This document shows positions 40,139 to 52,550 of a stretch of 64,000 nucleotides of DNA, piece after piece. The notes below the pieces were generated by a model that worked only from the letters and a program-made list of their open reading frames with translations, was not told the DNA's origin and did not search any database. Position 1 is the stretch's first letter. Each line of letters opens with the position of its first letter. Origin of the DNA: Callorhinchus milii (Eukaryota); contig NW_024704743.1 in assembly GCF_018977255.1 (NCBI RefSeq), positions 77,936,001 through 78,000,000 of the forward strand, in the 5' to 3' direction. The position numbers and the translations under genes are program-made.

Positions 40139-41540
40139 GTGGGTCAGCCTGGGCCAATGGTAGAATTCTCGCTCTGAGTCAGAAGGTTGTGGGTTCAAAC
40201 CCCCATATCAATACTTGGAATTACATAATTTAAGCTGACACTACAATGCAATGTTAGGGATGTATTGCATTGTCTGTCCTTCAGATCAGTCATTAAACTG
40301 AGGTCCCATCTGCCTGTTAACTTCCACATGTATGCGGATGACACCCAACTCTACCTTTCCTCCTCTACCCTCAACTCCACGACCACCGATGTCCTGACAG
40401 CCTGCCTGTCCGACATCGAGTCCTGGACGAGAGACAACTTTCTTCAGCTAAACGTGCGCAAAACTGAGGCCCTCCTGATTGGTTCACGTCAGCGCCTCCG
40501 CACCTCAGGCGCTGACACCATCAGCATCCAAGGCTGCACTCTCCACCTCTCAAAGCCAGTCAGGAACCTCGGCGTTCTGTTCGACCCTGAGCTGTCCTTT
40601 CTTCCTCATATCCGCGCCACAACTGGCACCGCCTTCCATCACCTCCGAAACATCGCCAGACTATGGCACTACCTCACCCCTCACGCTGCTGAAACCCTGG
40701 TCCACGCCTTTATCACCTCAAGGCTGGACTATGGGAACTCTCTCCTCGTCGGCCTTCCCGCCACCTCCCTCCACAAGCTGCAGGTCATTCAGAACTCTGC
40801 AGCTCGTGTACTGTCCCGCACCAGGCTTCGCGATCACATCACTCCCACCCTCGCTCGCCTCCACTGGCTCCCCATCCCCCAGAGGGTCGAATTCAAGATC
40901 CTCATCCTCACCTACAAGGCCATTCACGGCCTCGCTCCCTCCTACCTCTCCAACCTACTATCCCCCTACCTACCTGCCCGTACCCTCCGTTCCTCCGGCT
41001 CCGGTCTGCTCCACGTCCCCCGCCCCAACCGCCCTACCATCGGTGGCCGGGCCTTCAGCCTCTCAGCCCCTAGGCTCTGGAACTCCATCCCCCAGTGCCT
41101 TCACCTTGCTTCCTCCCTTTCCTCCTTCAAGGCCGGTCTCAAGACCTTTCTCTTCAGCTCCCCTCTCGACTCTCTACCCCCTCCTCGCTCTCTCCCTTCC
41201 CTCCCCTCACCCTGACCATTTCCCCCCTGCTCGGGTCATAACCCAACTATCCAGCGCCTTGGGACGTCCTCCCGATGTGAAAGGCTCTCTATAAATGAAA
41301 TGTTGTTGTTGTTGATGTTAAAGATCCCATGACACTATCAAAAAGAGAAAGGAGTTTCTTCCGGTGTCCTGACCAACAATCCCCCAAATAAAATTGGTCA
41401 CTCACTACATGGCTGTTTGTGGGATGTTTCACCCACAAAATACAAGGTCAGTTCACTTTACAGTAAATCCTGTGAAACGCTTTGAGATTCTCAACTATGT
41501 GATGAGGCGCTATATCAAATGCAAGGGTTATTATTGTTAT
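40139..41540 (+). mobile_element. SacSINE1-like SINE split by an L2 insertion (halves 40139-40318 and 41314-41540)
   Basis: The two halves join to give CTGCCTGTT...GATGTTAAAGATCCC, as in the uninterrupted copies near 44210 and 44615. Confidence 0.75.
40319..41313 (+). mobile_element. Young L2-clade LINE, 5'-truncated within RT, with an open frame
   Basis: Encodes FHMYADDTQLY...FLQLNVRKTE...RNLGVLFD...SRLDYGNSLL...LHWLPI without stops. (GTT)n tail. Confidence 0.95.
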
Positions 41541-41809
41541 TGCTGTGTCAAATTGACCTCTGTGTTTCACCCACAAAATCCACAGTAAATCCATGTATAT
41601 CCCATGAAGCCCTTTGAGACATCTCAACACATCTCAGGTGCTATATTAAATAGGATTATTTTATTATTATCAATGTTTCCTCTGATACATCTCTTTTTGA
41701 ATTTTTTTTCTCAACAGTATTGAGCAGGAAAATTACCAACAACTAAATGCAGATCACTGTGGAATCCTACTTATGCTGTTCACCAGAATTAGTGAAGATT
41801 TAGTCCAAC

Positions 41810-42170
41810 AACAATAGCATTTATATAGTGCAGGGTAGTGGCTCAGACTGATTAATAGTGGCAGAGCTTAACACTGAGCCAAGGAGAGAAGAGAGACGAC
41901 CATAGATGTGGTAAAAGAGGAAGATCTTCAGATACGATCTGATAACGGGCAAGGAGGAGGCAAGATTGAGGCCGGTTTTAGGGCGTAGTAGCTGAAAGCA
42001 CAACCGCCGATGATGAAATGGAGGAAATAAGAAATGTGGAAAAGGCTATAGCCTGATGAGCGAAAGGGACGGGTAGAGGAGTGGCATGTAAGCAAATCAG
42101 AGATGTAGAGAAGTGCAAGGGTATGAAATGTGAAGATGTGAGGATCTTGAAATAGGTCAGTTCTGCAATA
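41810..42170 (-). mobile_element. Old L2 fragment
   Basis: AACAACAATAGCATTTATATAGTGC tail followed by purine-rich L2 antisense sequence. Confidence 0.55.
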
Positions 42171-42767
42171 GGGTGCAGAGTTGATTATTTGAATGCAAAA
42201 AACTAAACGCTCCTCAGAATTGTTGAACTTGAAAGTGTCAGAAATTGTATAACCACCACAGATGCTACTCTACATAAATACTGGGATGTGTGAGATACTC
42301 TTCATTAAAATTGTAGATCAAATAAGCTATTTTTCATTGATATAAGATATAAGGATATAAGGTTTCAAGACTGAGGTGGATAGATATTTGTTAGGTAAGG
42401 GTAGCAAGGGATTATGGGACAAGTGGGGGTAATTGGAGTTGAGATACAGATCAGACATGGTCTTATGGAATGGCAGAACTGGCTCGAGGGGCTGAATGGC
42501 CTACTCCTGTTTCTATATTTCTATGTTTGTTTTTCTTAATATATTGCCAAACAAATATATTTTCAAGTCCAAACCGGCTGAAACAAGCAGAGGATGTGCA
42601 ATGCTAGAAAGCCAGTAAGCACTTTAGGAATGAAAACATTCGGTTAAAAAAAATTTTGTATAGCAATGTGAAAGGCGCTGTACAGATGTAATTTTATTGT
42701 TGTTGTTGAAAGAGGGAGGCATGATCAAGAGAAACAGATGGTCTGGTAACATTGGCTGGATTGAGGG

Positions 42768-42854
42768 AAATACAGTCAATTCACTTTACAGCATATTCTG
42801 TGAAGCGCTTTGAGACGTCTAGAAGACATGAAAAGCGCTGTATCAAATGCAAGG

Positions 42855-42890
<36 letters not shown>
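42768..42890 (+). mobile_element. SINE 3' tail with (ATT)n microsatellite
   Basis: AATACAGTCAATTCACTTTACAG...AAATGCAAGG(ATT)n. Confidence 0.85.
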
Positions 42891-43169
42891 ATACTGCACC
42901 ATTCACATTAATGGTTTTGGTGGTTGGCAGCAAATCATTTGTACTGTGTATAAACATATTTCTAGGTTTGAAGCTGTTTAAATTGCTCATATTCAAAATT
43001 ATGCAAGTTTTTACAAGTATTTATGGCTGAAAAAGTAGCAAAGAGGGACCCCCCTCTCAATGGCAATCTACTGGCTGGCTTTTACTCTTGCCATTTCAAT
43101 AACATTGAATGGATTTGATACCTTTCTTATTTAAAATAATGCTGAATAGATTGCCCAAATTGTCACGGG

Positions 43170-44150
43170 CACCAAAATCTGCAGGTGCACCATCCCAGTC
43201 TTCACCAGATTACATTGGCTCCCAAGTTATAAATTTCAAGGTTCTCACCATCACCTATAAGTCCTTTCACACACTAGCACTTCCCTACCTCTGTGATCTT
43301 CTTCGACCTCATTCCTCTCCTTGCCCCCTCCGCTTGCAAACTCGGGTCTGTTATGCATCTTCCCCACCATTTCATTGGTGGGCAAGCTTTCAGTAACTAT
43401 GCCCACATTTTATGGAACTCTTTACTTCTACCCCACCCCCCTTTATCTGTCTTTAAATGCCCCCAAACCACCTACTTACCTCTTTAATTCTGCATGTAGT
43501 GACCTCCCCCTTTTCCTTTCCTCTGCATCTGAAACCTTCCCCATGAAACACTCCAAAACATTATCTTCGATGAAGGGTGCTTTCATTACATCTAGGCTTG
43601 ACTATGCAAACTCCTTGCTTGTCGGACTTCCCATCTCCACAGGCTGCAGATGATCCAGAACTCTCCAGCCCGTGTCCTCTCCCGCACCAGGCTCTGTGAC
43701 CCTATCACCCCATCCTTCCACGACTAAACTGGCTTCTCATCACAGAGGATACAGTTCAAGATCCTAGTCGTCACCTTCAAAGTCCTCCATGGTCTTGCTG
43801 CCCCCTACCTCTGTGACCTCCTAACCCCCTACCATCCTGCTCGCTTCCTCCGCTCAGTGGGCACCGGCCTACACGTCCCCCGCTTCGCTTGCCCCACTAT
43901 TGGTGGGTGGGCCTTCCGCCACTCTGCCCCCACCCTCTGGAACTCCATCCCGCAGTCCCTCCGCTTCGCCCCCTCTCTTGCCTCCTTCAAGAACCATCTC
44001 AAGACCCTTCTCTTTGACCATGCTTTCAATCTCCCTGCTTCTCCCCCTGCCCTCCACCCTCCCCGATCATGACTCCCAACTCGAGTCTGAAACTCTGTCT
44101 GTCCAGTACCTTGGGACATCCTCCCGACATGAAAGGCGCTTTACAAATAT
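43170..44150 (+). mobile_element. Two tandem L2 3' fragments (about 43170-43575 older, 43575-44150 younger)
   Basis: Encode INFKVLTITYK, AFITSRLDYANSLLVGLP and GGWAFRHSAPTLWNSIP...FKNHLKTLLF. Confidence 0.8.
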
Positions 44151-44883
44151 AAAAGCAGGAGTGCTGCATTGTCAGTGCACCGTCCTTCAGTTAAGGCGTT
44201 AAATTGAGGTCCCACGTGTCCATTCAGGTGGATGTAAAAGATCCCATGGCAGTATTGAAAAGAAAAAGGAGTTTCTCCCAGTGTCATTCACTTCATGGCT
44301 GTTTGTAACACGTTGCTGTTTCCAAATTGTCTGCCACATTCACCTACAAAATACAGGCACTATATTTTACAGCAAAGCCCTTTCGAGTCATCTTGACAAT
44401 ACATCAAATTGCAAGGATGATTCATCAATATAATTACTCATTGGTAGTACTGTAGTTTCATTCAATAATTATTCATATAATATGGGATAAGAGGTGGGGA
44501 AAAGTGGGAGGGAGGGGGAATGAGAGGGGTTAAAAAAAATTCCCCAGAGGATCACAATACTGCAACAACTTTCTTAGGCAGGCGGGATCTCGGTATAATG
44601 TTAAACCAAGGTACTGTCTGCCTGTTTGGGTGGGTTTTAAAGATCCCAAGGCACTATTCAAAAAGAGAGGGATATTCTTCCATGTCCTGTTCAACATACC
44701 CCCAGATGAAATGGGTCATTCAGTCCATGGCAGTTCGTGGGATATTGCTGTGCGCAAATTTGCTCACAAAATACAGTCAATCCATTTTACAGTACATCCT
44801 GTGAAGCGGTTTGGGACATCTGCCTGATTTCAAACGTGCTATGTCAAATGCAAGGACTATAATTATTATTTCTGCATTGTATA

Positions 44884-44900
44884 CACACACACACACACAC
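44884..44900. repeat. (CA)n microsatellite upstream of the promoter
   Basis: Read directly from the sequence. Confidence 0.9.
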
Positions 44901-45299
44901 GAGTGCTCCGATTGCAGTGCACCTACGCAGTCACACCACGCTCACACACAATGTGGCCAGGTTCAGTGAGTTCATGCCCAATTGGGGGCAAGTTTTTGTT
45001 GTCATGTGCATGAAAAATACAGCTTTGGGCCGTTTAGCCCTTTGAATAATAATATAATAATATTCCTTGTTTTTTGAGATAGAGCCTTATCGTGTCTTTG
45101 AGACGCCTCAAAGTGCTTCACAGGATATAGTGTAAAGTGAAATTACTGTATATTTTAAAGACCTTTTCTTGCAGTTTGAGAAGCACAAACCTAAACTGGC
45201 CAATCTGCTGCTGGAGCATCAGAGGCCACACATAATATTGGGCTACTTTTGGGCTCGTGTTTGGTGGACTTTGGGCTACAGACGGGTTTTCAATTTGCA

Positions 45300-45860
45300 G
45301 GAGACACTTGAGTGCGGGTGGCGTTCCGGCCAAGGCAAACACGCATGCGCGCCAGGCAAGTCGGCGCTTGCGCGCTGGGAGGCTTTGCTGTGTGCTGGCG
45401 CAGGCGCACAGGCGGCAGGTGGTGGTGGCAGAGTTGCTGCTGTTGCTGCTTCTGATGATGATGATGACGATGGTGGGCGGGCCCTGGTGACGCAGTCCGG
45501 CCCAGTAAACCGGCCCCGGACATGCGCTGACGGGCTGCCAGAGGCCGGAGTGATGCTCGTTGAGCGCGCGGCGGCGGCGGCGGCGGCCACGGCCTCAATT
45601 ACAATGAGCGGTGACAGCGACAGTGACGTGGCCTCCAACAGCAAGAAGTTCATCTCCATCAGCGTCCCTGACCAGCCCGACGCCATGTCACCCCACATCA
45701 GGTGCGTGGAGGAGCTGCGGGTGCTCGGCATCAACCTCAGCGCCTTCACCAAACCCGCCCAGTTCTTCATCTGTGCCGCAGGAGTCTTCGTCTTCTATCT
45801 CATCTACGGGTACCTGCAGGTGAGGGAGGGAGGGAGGGAGGGAGGGAGGGCTGCACACAC
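45300..45860 (+). promoter_or_regulatory. CpG island / TATA-less housekeeping promoter of SLC35B3
   Basis: Most GC- and CpG-rich non-repeat stretch in the window. Motifs: ETS-like TTCCGG 45324-45329; NRF1-like CGCATGCGCG 45342-45351, GCGCTTGCGC 45364-45373 and GCGCAGGCGCA 45398-45408; GC box GGGCGGG 45475-45481; CRE-like TGACGCA 45488-45494. Confidence 0.8.
45553..45819 (+). CDS. SLC35B3: SLC35B3 (PAPS transporter 2), first coding exon; start at ATG 45553 or 45604
   Basis: Encodes NSKKFISISVPDQPDAMSPHIRCVEELRVLGINLSAFTKPAQFFICAAGVFVFYLIYGYLQ, matching vertebrate SLC35B3 as recalled (NSRKYISITVPS...MSPHIKSV...QFFICVAGVFVFYLIYGYLQ). Ends CAG|GTGAGG, phase 0. ATG 45604 has A at -3. Confidence 0.93.
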
Positions 45861-45999
45861 AGGCCGAGAAACTTTCATCATCGCCACTGTTGTTGTTATC
45901 GTTTTTGTCCTTAGTGTTTTGGGTGTTGTTTTGTTGTTTCTGTTCTCGCTGTTGTTGGTTGTTCTTGTTTTTGCTGTCGTTAGTTTTGCTATTGATAAG

Positions 46000-48030
46000 A
46001 ACACAAGAAGTGCTAAACCGAAGAAGAAGACCCAAAGGCCCATCTAAGAGTTCGCCTTCCACCTTCCTGGTTGTCGTACGCACATAAGTCCCAAACTACC
46101 TATGTACTATATCCCATAATGGTATTTCCTAAAAGAAAATTATCTAATTTTTAAAAAATATTGCTGTATTATTCAGCCCTCTGCCACATTGACAGTGCTT
46201 GCCAAATATGACAGAGTAGGAGGGAGCGAGAATCTTACATTAGCATCCACTTACACAGCCATACTGGCAGGAACTTGGTAACAAATCGCCTTTCTGCACT
46301 CTCGGGCGAAAAAAAATCAAAACCTGGTGCATAAAACTGGCCTTAACCCGTGTTTTTATGACCTGCGGGTTCTTGAAGATGCGAAGATTATCTGGTTCTT
46401 TAATGCAACAAATACATATACAAGTACGTGGAGACCTGTAGCTCAGTGGTTAGAGCACTCGCTTTGCAAGCGAAAGACCTGGGTTTGATTCCTATCAGGG
46501 TGAAACCTTGGGCAAGTTTCCTTACTCTACACACCTGATAATAATCCCCCAAGAAAAAAGAAAAAATTTATAACTTAGTTATTTCAATCCACGGCTGTTT
46601 TTGGGACACTGCTGTGCGCATTGGCTGCCGCATTTTGCCCACAAATATACAGTCAATTCACTTTACAGTCTATTCTGTGAAACGCTTTGAGACGTCTGGA
46701 TGACGTGAAAAGTGCTATGTCAAATGCAAGGATTATTATTATTATAATCTGTATTTAAAAGAATCAACACTTCCTGCTTCAAACATCTCCCTAGGGAACC
46801 TGTTCCACAGGTTTACTATTTGCTCACTTAATCTACAAATTTAGCCACTGAAATAGTGTCTGGTAGATTTGTTCTGAATTTACCACCCTTTAATCGCAGG
46901 CCATGGTATCCGGTTTTACTATTCTGGACTATTTGAAACAGCCTGTCATGATCTATATCGTCTTGCCCCTCTAGAACCTTAAAGACAGCGATCATGTCGC
47001 CTCTCAATCTTTTCTTTTCCAGCATAAACACATCCAATTTACTTAGTCACTCCTCATAGTCCAGTCCCTCCATTCCCTCAATCATTTTGGTTGCCCTTTT
47101 CTGTATCTTCTCAATTTCTCCAATATCCTTTTTATATTACAGCGATCAGAACTGTACACAATACTCTTAAGTATGATCTCACCAATGATTTATACAGGGG
47201 CAGGATTACCCCACTATTTCAGCTTGCTGTTGATCTTTTGATACATCCCAACATCTGGTTTGCTTTACTCACTGCCACAGAGCATTATTGGGAGAGCTTC
47301 AATTTATTGTTGATCAGGACCCCCAGGTCTTTTTCATTGTCCATACATATTATTTTCCCTCCATTCAGATAATAGTCCCTTCCAGAATTTTTTGTCCCCA
47401 TGTGAAGTACTTTACATTTCTCCACATTGAATTTCATCTGCCACCAATCTGCCCAATTCCCAAGTATGTTCAAATTCTCCTGTAACCTATTTTGTTCAGC
47501 TTCGCAATCAACCACCTTCATTAGCTTAATCTGCAAATTTAGCCACTGTGCTTGTGACTCCCAGTTTCAGATCATTTATAAAAAATATTAAACAAAAGAG
47601 ATCCCAAAACACACCTCTGTGGAATTCCATTAGTTTTAGTCTGATGACATTCCCTGTACCATCACCTTCCAGTCAACCAATCGATTATAATGCAAGGATG
47701 ATTATTATTATTATTAATATACCTCCAATGATTCCCGCTTTCTTTACTTTCAATACCAGTCTCTCAAGAGGAACTGTATCAAAGGCCTTACTGAAATCCA
47801 GATATATAACATCCCCAGCCTTACCCTTATCAAGCTCCTTTGTCACACCATCAAAGAAAAACAGTAAATTCGATTGGCAAGACCTTTCCTTCATGAACCC
47901 ATATTGGCTATTATTTATGATTTTGTTTCTGTCCGAATGCTCCATGATTTTTTCCTTAATAAGAGTCTCCATAATCTTACCCACAATGGACATCAAATTT
48001 ACTGGTTTGTTGTTTCCTGGGTCACATTTG
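46000..48030 (-). mobile_element. CR1-clade LINE in SLC35B3 intron 1, interrupted by a SINE
   Basis: Encodes DVIYLDFSKAFDTV, WQMKFNVEKCKVLHMG and LEKKRLRGDMI. 3'UTR at about 46000-46150. Confidence 0.88.
46428..46745 (+). mobile_element. Full-length Deu-domain SINE, short form
   Basis: Same head, body and tail as 29469-29785. Confidence 0.92.
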
Positions 48031-48297
48031 TTAAAAAATATTGTTCTCATTAGTTTTGTTCTTTTTGTTATTTGTTATTGTTGTTGGAAATATCTTTTTN
48101 GGAAATACACAGTTAATTCACTTTATAGTGTATTCTGTGAAGCGCTTTGAGACTTCTTGAAGATGTGATAGGGCGCTATATCAAATGCAAGGATTATTAT
48201 TATCTTTTGAATTTTTTTGCATTTTATATGGGGCATTTTAAATTTCTTCCCACCCACCTTTTTCTCTGTCTTTCTCTTCTTCACCTTTTTTTTACAG

Positions 48298-48419
48298 GAA
48301 CTGATTTTTTCCGTAGAAGGCTTTAAACCCTATGGCTGGTATCTCACTCTGGTGCAGTTCGCTTTCTATTCCATGTTTGGACTGGTTGAGCTTCAACTCA
48401 CGCTGGACAAGAGGAGAAG
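48298..48419 (+). CDS. SLC35B3: SLC35B3 coding exon 2 (122 nt)
   Basis: Polypyrimidine tract then TTTACAG|GAA. Encodes ELIFSVEGFKPYGWYLTLVQFAFYSMFGLVELQLTLDKRR. Donor AG|GTAAAA, phase 2. Confidence 0.96.
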
Positions 48420-49229
48420 GTAAAACTGATGCTCAGTAACTGATTGGCAAAGTAACTCGTTTTTTTTAATACTAACCAAACATGTACTGTACAACATTTC
48501 TTCCAATGTTGGGGGAAATCAGAGTCGCAGGTTTTGGGTGCAACATTGCTTTTTGCAGTTATTCACCATCGGAGGTCGCGCTTTCAGTCACTATATCCCC
48601 AAACTCGTCCTCAATCCCTCCGCCTTGCCCCCTCTCTCCCCTCTTTCAAGAACCTGAAAACTTTACTCTTCAACCGTGCTTACGGCCACCTCCTCCCTCC
48701 CCCCGGCTCGGAGTCAGCCTCCGCCTCTGTTAAGTGTTCTGAGACGCTACCTTGCGTGGAGGGCGCTATATAAGTGCAATTTGGTGTTGTTGTTCCCCTT
48801 TTTTTATTTGCTGTCCACATTTCAAATGTCTTCTAAATGTTTTTAAAACTCCCTCTCTCCTATTCCTCTCTCCAAACAAGCAAACCGACAAAAAAGTGCT
48901 ACGCCATAAAAAAGATTATAATAATTTGGTTACTCAATCCACAACTGTTTGTGAGACACTGCTGTGTGCGATTGGCAGCCACATTTCACCCACACAATAT
49001 ACAATCAATTCACTTTCCAGTATATTCTGTGAAGCACTTTGAGACATCTCGAAGACCTGATAAGGCACTGTTACCAAATGCGAGAATTATTATTTTTAAG
49101 TTTCTTTTTAAAAACAAGTGTTTGGTAAACTTTTAGTTGGTATATTATTGTTACAGGAATACTAAGTATAGTTGTCAACTGTATAAATAATCCACTACAA
49201 TTATTTTTCCAACATCATTAGGCTCTGAT

Positions 49230-50130
49230 TATAAAGTTACCTTTCAATATAAACTGTTCGTCTCTCTTCAAGGACAGCAAGGTCCCAGTGTTGGTCAAAC
49301 TTGAGCCACATAGGACCTCGGTACAAAAGTTCTCCTTTATGGTTTTGAGCTCCTGAGGATGCAGCAGAGAGGCTTCCTCTGACTCATTTGCGGTGTCCAG
49401 GATCAAGAATTAGGTGAATTTGTGGCAAACATGGAAAGTGGCTGCAAAGAAAGGGGAGGGGGCTCCAGCGTACACACTGACCTGTTGCTAAGCACCCTTG
49501 AGATGGAGTTGGCTTCACAGTAGACAAGACCATTTGCTCCTGGTCCCTGGCATTCACCTAGTAAGGGCTGAAACCTGCTTATCAAAGTGACTATCCTCCT
49601 TTGATAAGGGAGATCTCCTTGCAGCTGAACTGGCTCCGGGATGAGGTATTTGGCAATTAAATATCAGAATCGAGCCAGCCCGTGTGGCGGTCTTGGTAGT
49701 ATAGTTCCTGAGCCAGACAGTACTTCTGGGCACTGCTGATCACAGCCAGCCTGGCTCATTGGCAGGACTAGGAAAGTGGGGCAGGGATACTTCCCACTTC
49801 GCTCCTATTAACCCTGCAAGCCAAAGCCCTAACGGAAAGGGTGGTTCTAGCTGGACAAGCAGTGGGAAAGCTTGCCACATAGTACTTTCAATGGCAAGCT
49901 ATGTGGTTTTAGCTGGTTAGACTTCAGCAGTACCCAAACACACACTCTGAGGTCCCCAAGCCTTGGCTTTTGCCAACCTATGCCTAACATTCTTCAGAAT
50001 TAGTTGCATAGGACTCCATTCCAAAAAATATCTTAAATTTACATGTATAGATGGGATGCATTGAACTCTCAGTTTGGTTTCGATACTCTTAAGCATGGTG
50101 ATGGGTTTCCACATGTGTCAGACACATTTT
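49230..50130 (+). mobile_element. Decayed L1/Tx1-like LINE ORF2 fragment
   Basis: RMQQRGFL*..SFAVS at 49356 (RQGCPLSP..F-like); AYT-DLLL at 49468-49490 (YADDLLL-like); LPTSLLLTLQAKALTERVVLAG. Homologous to 15-712. Confidence 0.5.
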
Positions 50131-50864
50131 TGGCTCACAAATCTTTTCATTTTGGATTCTGGAACAGCAAGGTTTATAGCAGTGGGTAGTTAAGTCAATG
50201 ATTTTTTACACATCTGTAAGACTGTCTGGTGTTCTGTTTTAAATTTATTTTATAGAACGCATTACCGGATTCTTTAAAATGCAATGTTAATTAATGCTGA
50301 CTTAGCCAAGAGTAATACACAGTGGTTGTTCTGTAGAGGGGGTTTGAATGATATCCTACGTGCATTCGTTTGGCATGTTTTGGTAAATCACTATGATTTC
50401 TGCCACCCATCAATCAGCCTGACTCTATTTCAGATGGTGTGTGGGTCTAGCAATGGAGATATGATGGGCTTACTATTGTCCTATTGTCATTTACTGTTGA
50501 AGCACTCTGAGACACTACCTTGTGTGAATGGCACTATATAAATGCAAATTGTTGTCTCATCTTTTGTTGATACAAAACTGGATTAAGGCACTAACTCCCT
50601 AATTGACAAAATGTACATTTCAAGAACTTTCAAAATAATGAGCACATTATAATTAGAATAATTTCAGTTGACTTATGGCTACATTCTAACTTAAATTAAT
50701 ATTTCAATTGGAATTTGTTGTAGATGAAGAATATTAACAAACTGCATTTTTAATTTTCACTGTAATTCACTGCAGTGAATTACTGATTTCTGAGGTACAT
50801 TTCTGAGGATTCCATTCCAGAGTCCTTCTGACTCACTCCCTCTCCTTGTTCAAAGCACGTCTCA

Positions 50865-52550
50865 ACCACAACAACAACAAAATTACATTTGCATAAGTGC
50901 CAAGGCGCTGGACAGTCAATGTTTCGGACCTGAGCTGGGGGTCGGGATTGGGGAGAGTGGAGGCCAGGGAGGTGAAGAGGGTGATCGAAAGCACAGTCGA
51001 AGAGGAGGGTCTTGAGATGGGTCATAAAGGAGGCAAAGGAGGGGGAGAGGTGGAGGGACTGCGGAATGGAGTTCCAGAGGGTGGGGGCAGAGTGGCTGAA
51101 GGCCCGCCCGCCTATGGGGACGTGAAGCAGGCCAGAGCCTGCTGAGCGGAGGGAGCGAGCAGGTTGGTAGGGGATTAGGAGGTCCCAGAGAATTAGGAGG
51201 TCACAAGGCCATGGAGGGCTTTGAAAGTGAGGACCAGGATCTTGAACTGCATCCTTCGTGTGATGGGAAGCAGGTGGAGTCGGGTGAGGATGGGGGTGAT
51301 AGGAGCCTGGTGCGGGAGAGGACATGGCCTGCAGAGTTCTGGATGATCTGCAGTCTATTGGAGGGAGGAGTTGTGGAAGCCGACAAGCAGGGAGTTTGCA
51401 CAGTCAACTGGCACCGCCTTCCATCACCTCCGGAATGTCGCCAGACTACGGCACTACCTCACCCCTCACGCTGCTGAAACTCTGGTTCACGCCTTTGTTA
51501 CCTCAAGGCTGGACTATGGGAACTCTCTCCTCGTCGGCCTTCCCGCCACCTCCCTCCACAAGCTGCAGGTCATTCAGAACTCTGCAGCTCGTGTACTGTC
51601 CCGCACCAGGCTTCGGGACCACATCACTCCTACCCTCGCTCACCTCCACTGGCTCCCCATCCCCCAGAGGATCGAATTCAAGATCCTCATCCTCACCTAC
51701 AAGGCCATTCACGGCCTTGCTCCCTCCTACCTCTCCAACCTACTATCCCCCTACCTACCTGCCCGTACCCTCCGTTCCTCTGGCTCCGGTCTGCTCCACG
51801 TCCCCCGCCCCAACCGCCCTACCATCGGTGGTCGGGCCTTCAGCCTCTCAGCCCCCAGGCTCTGGAACTCCATCCCCAGTGCCTTCGCCGCCTCCTCCCT
51901 TTCCTCCTTCAAGGCCGGTCTCAAAACCTTTCTCTTTGACCGAGCCTTCAGCTCCCCTCTCGACTCTCTTCCCCCTCCTCGCTCCTTCCCTCCCCTCACC
52001 CTGACCATTTCCCCCCTCCTCGCTCCCTCCCTTCCCTCCCCTCACCCTGACCATTTCCCCCCTGCTCGGGTCCTGACCCAACTGTGCAGCGTCTTGGGAC
52101 GTCCTCCTGACGTGAAAGACGCTTTATAAATGGAATCTTGTTGTTGTTGTTGTTGTTAAGCCTTGATGTTATGAATATGTGTATGAGGGTTTCAGCGGCG
52201 TCTGGTGTGAGACATGGCGGAGCCGGGCGATGTCGTTGAGGTGGGGGAAGGCAGAGCGGGTCATGGCACGGATGTGGGGTGGAAAGGATAGTTGAGGGTC
52301 AAACAAGCTGCCAAGGTTCTGGACTGGATGGTGATGCTGTCAGCGCCTGAGGTGTGGAGGCGCTGACGGGAGCGAATCAGGAGAGCCTCGGTCTTGTTGA
52401 CGTTCAACTGTAGAAAGTTACCTCTCATCCAGGACTCGATGTCTGACAGACATTCTATCAGGACAGCAGTGGTCGTGGAGTTGAGGGTGGAGGCAGAGAG
52501 GTAGAGTTGGGTGTCATCCACATACATGTGGAAGCTGACCCCACGTCTGT
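50865..52550 (-). mobile_element. L2 LINE (halves 50865-51405 and 52158-52550) split by a younger L2
   Basis: Encodes MYVDDTQLYLS...FLQLNVNKTE. The halves rejoin within the SRLD motif. Confidence 0.88.
51406..52157 (+). mobile_element. Young L2 3' fragment
   Basis: Near-identical to 40621-41313. (GTT)n tail. Confidence 0.95.

Noticed and set aside
40479..41294. Pro/Ser-rich ORFs (also 51324-52004, 6680-7090)
   Set aside because: Alternative frames of C-rich L2 sequence.
1..45000. A second host gene upstream of SLC35B3
   Set aside because: No ORF or spliceable exon chain with recognisable homology; small or non-coding exons cannot be excluded by eye.
45169..46047. 292-aa single-exon ORF
   Set aside because: It starts at a non-ATG codon and reads through the promoter, exon 1 and the low-complexity start of intron 1. 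Homology ends at the GT donor at 45820.
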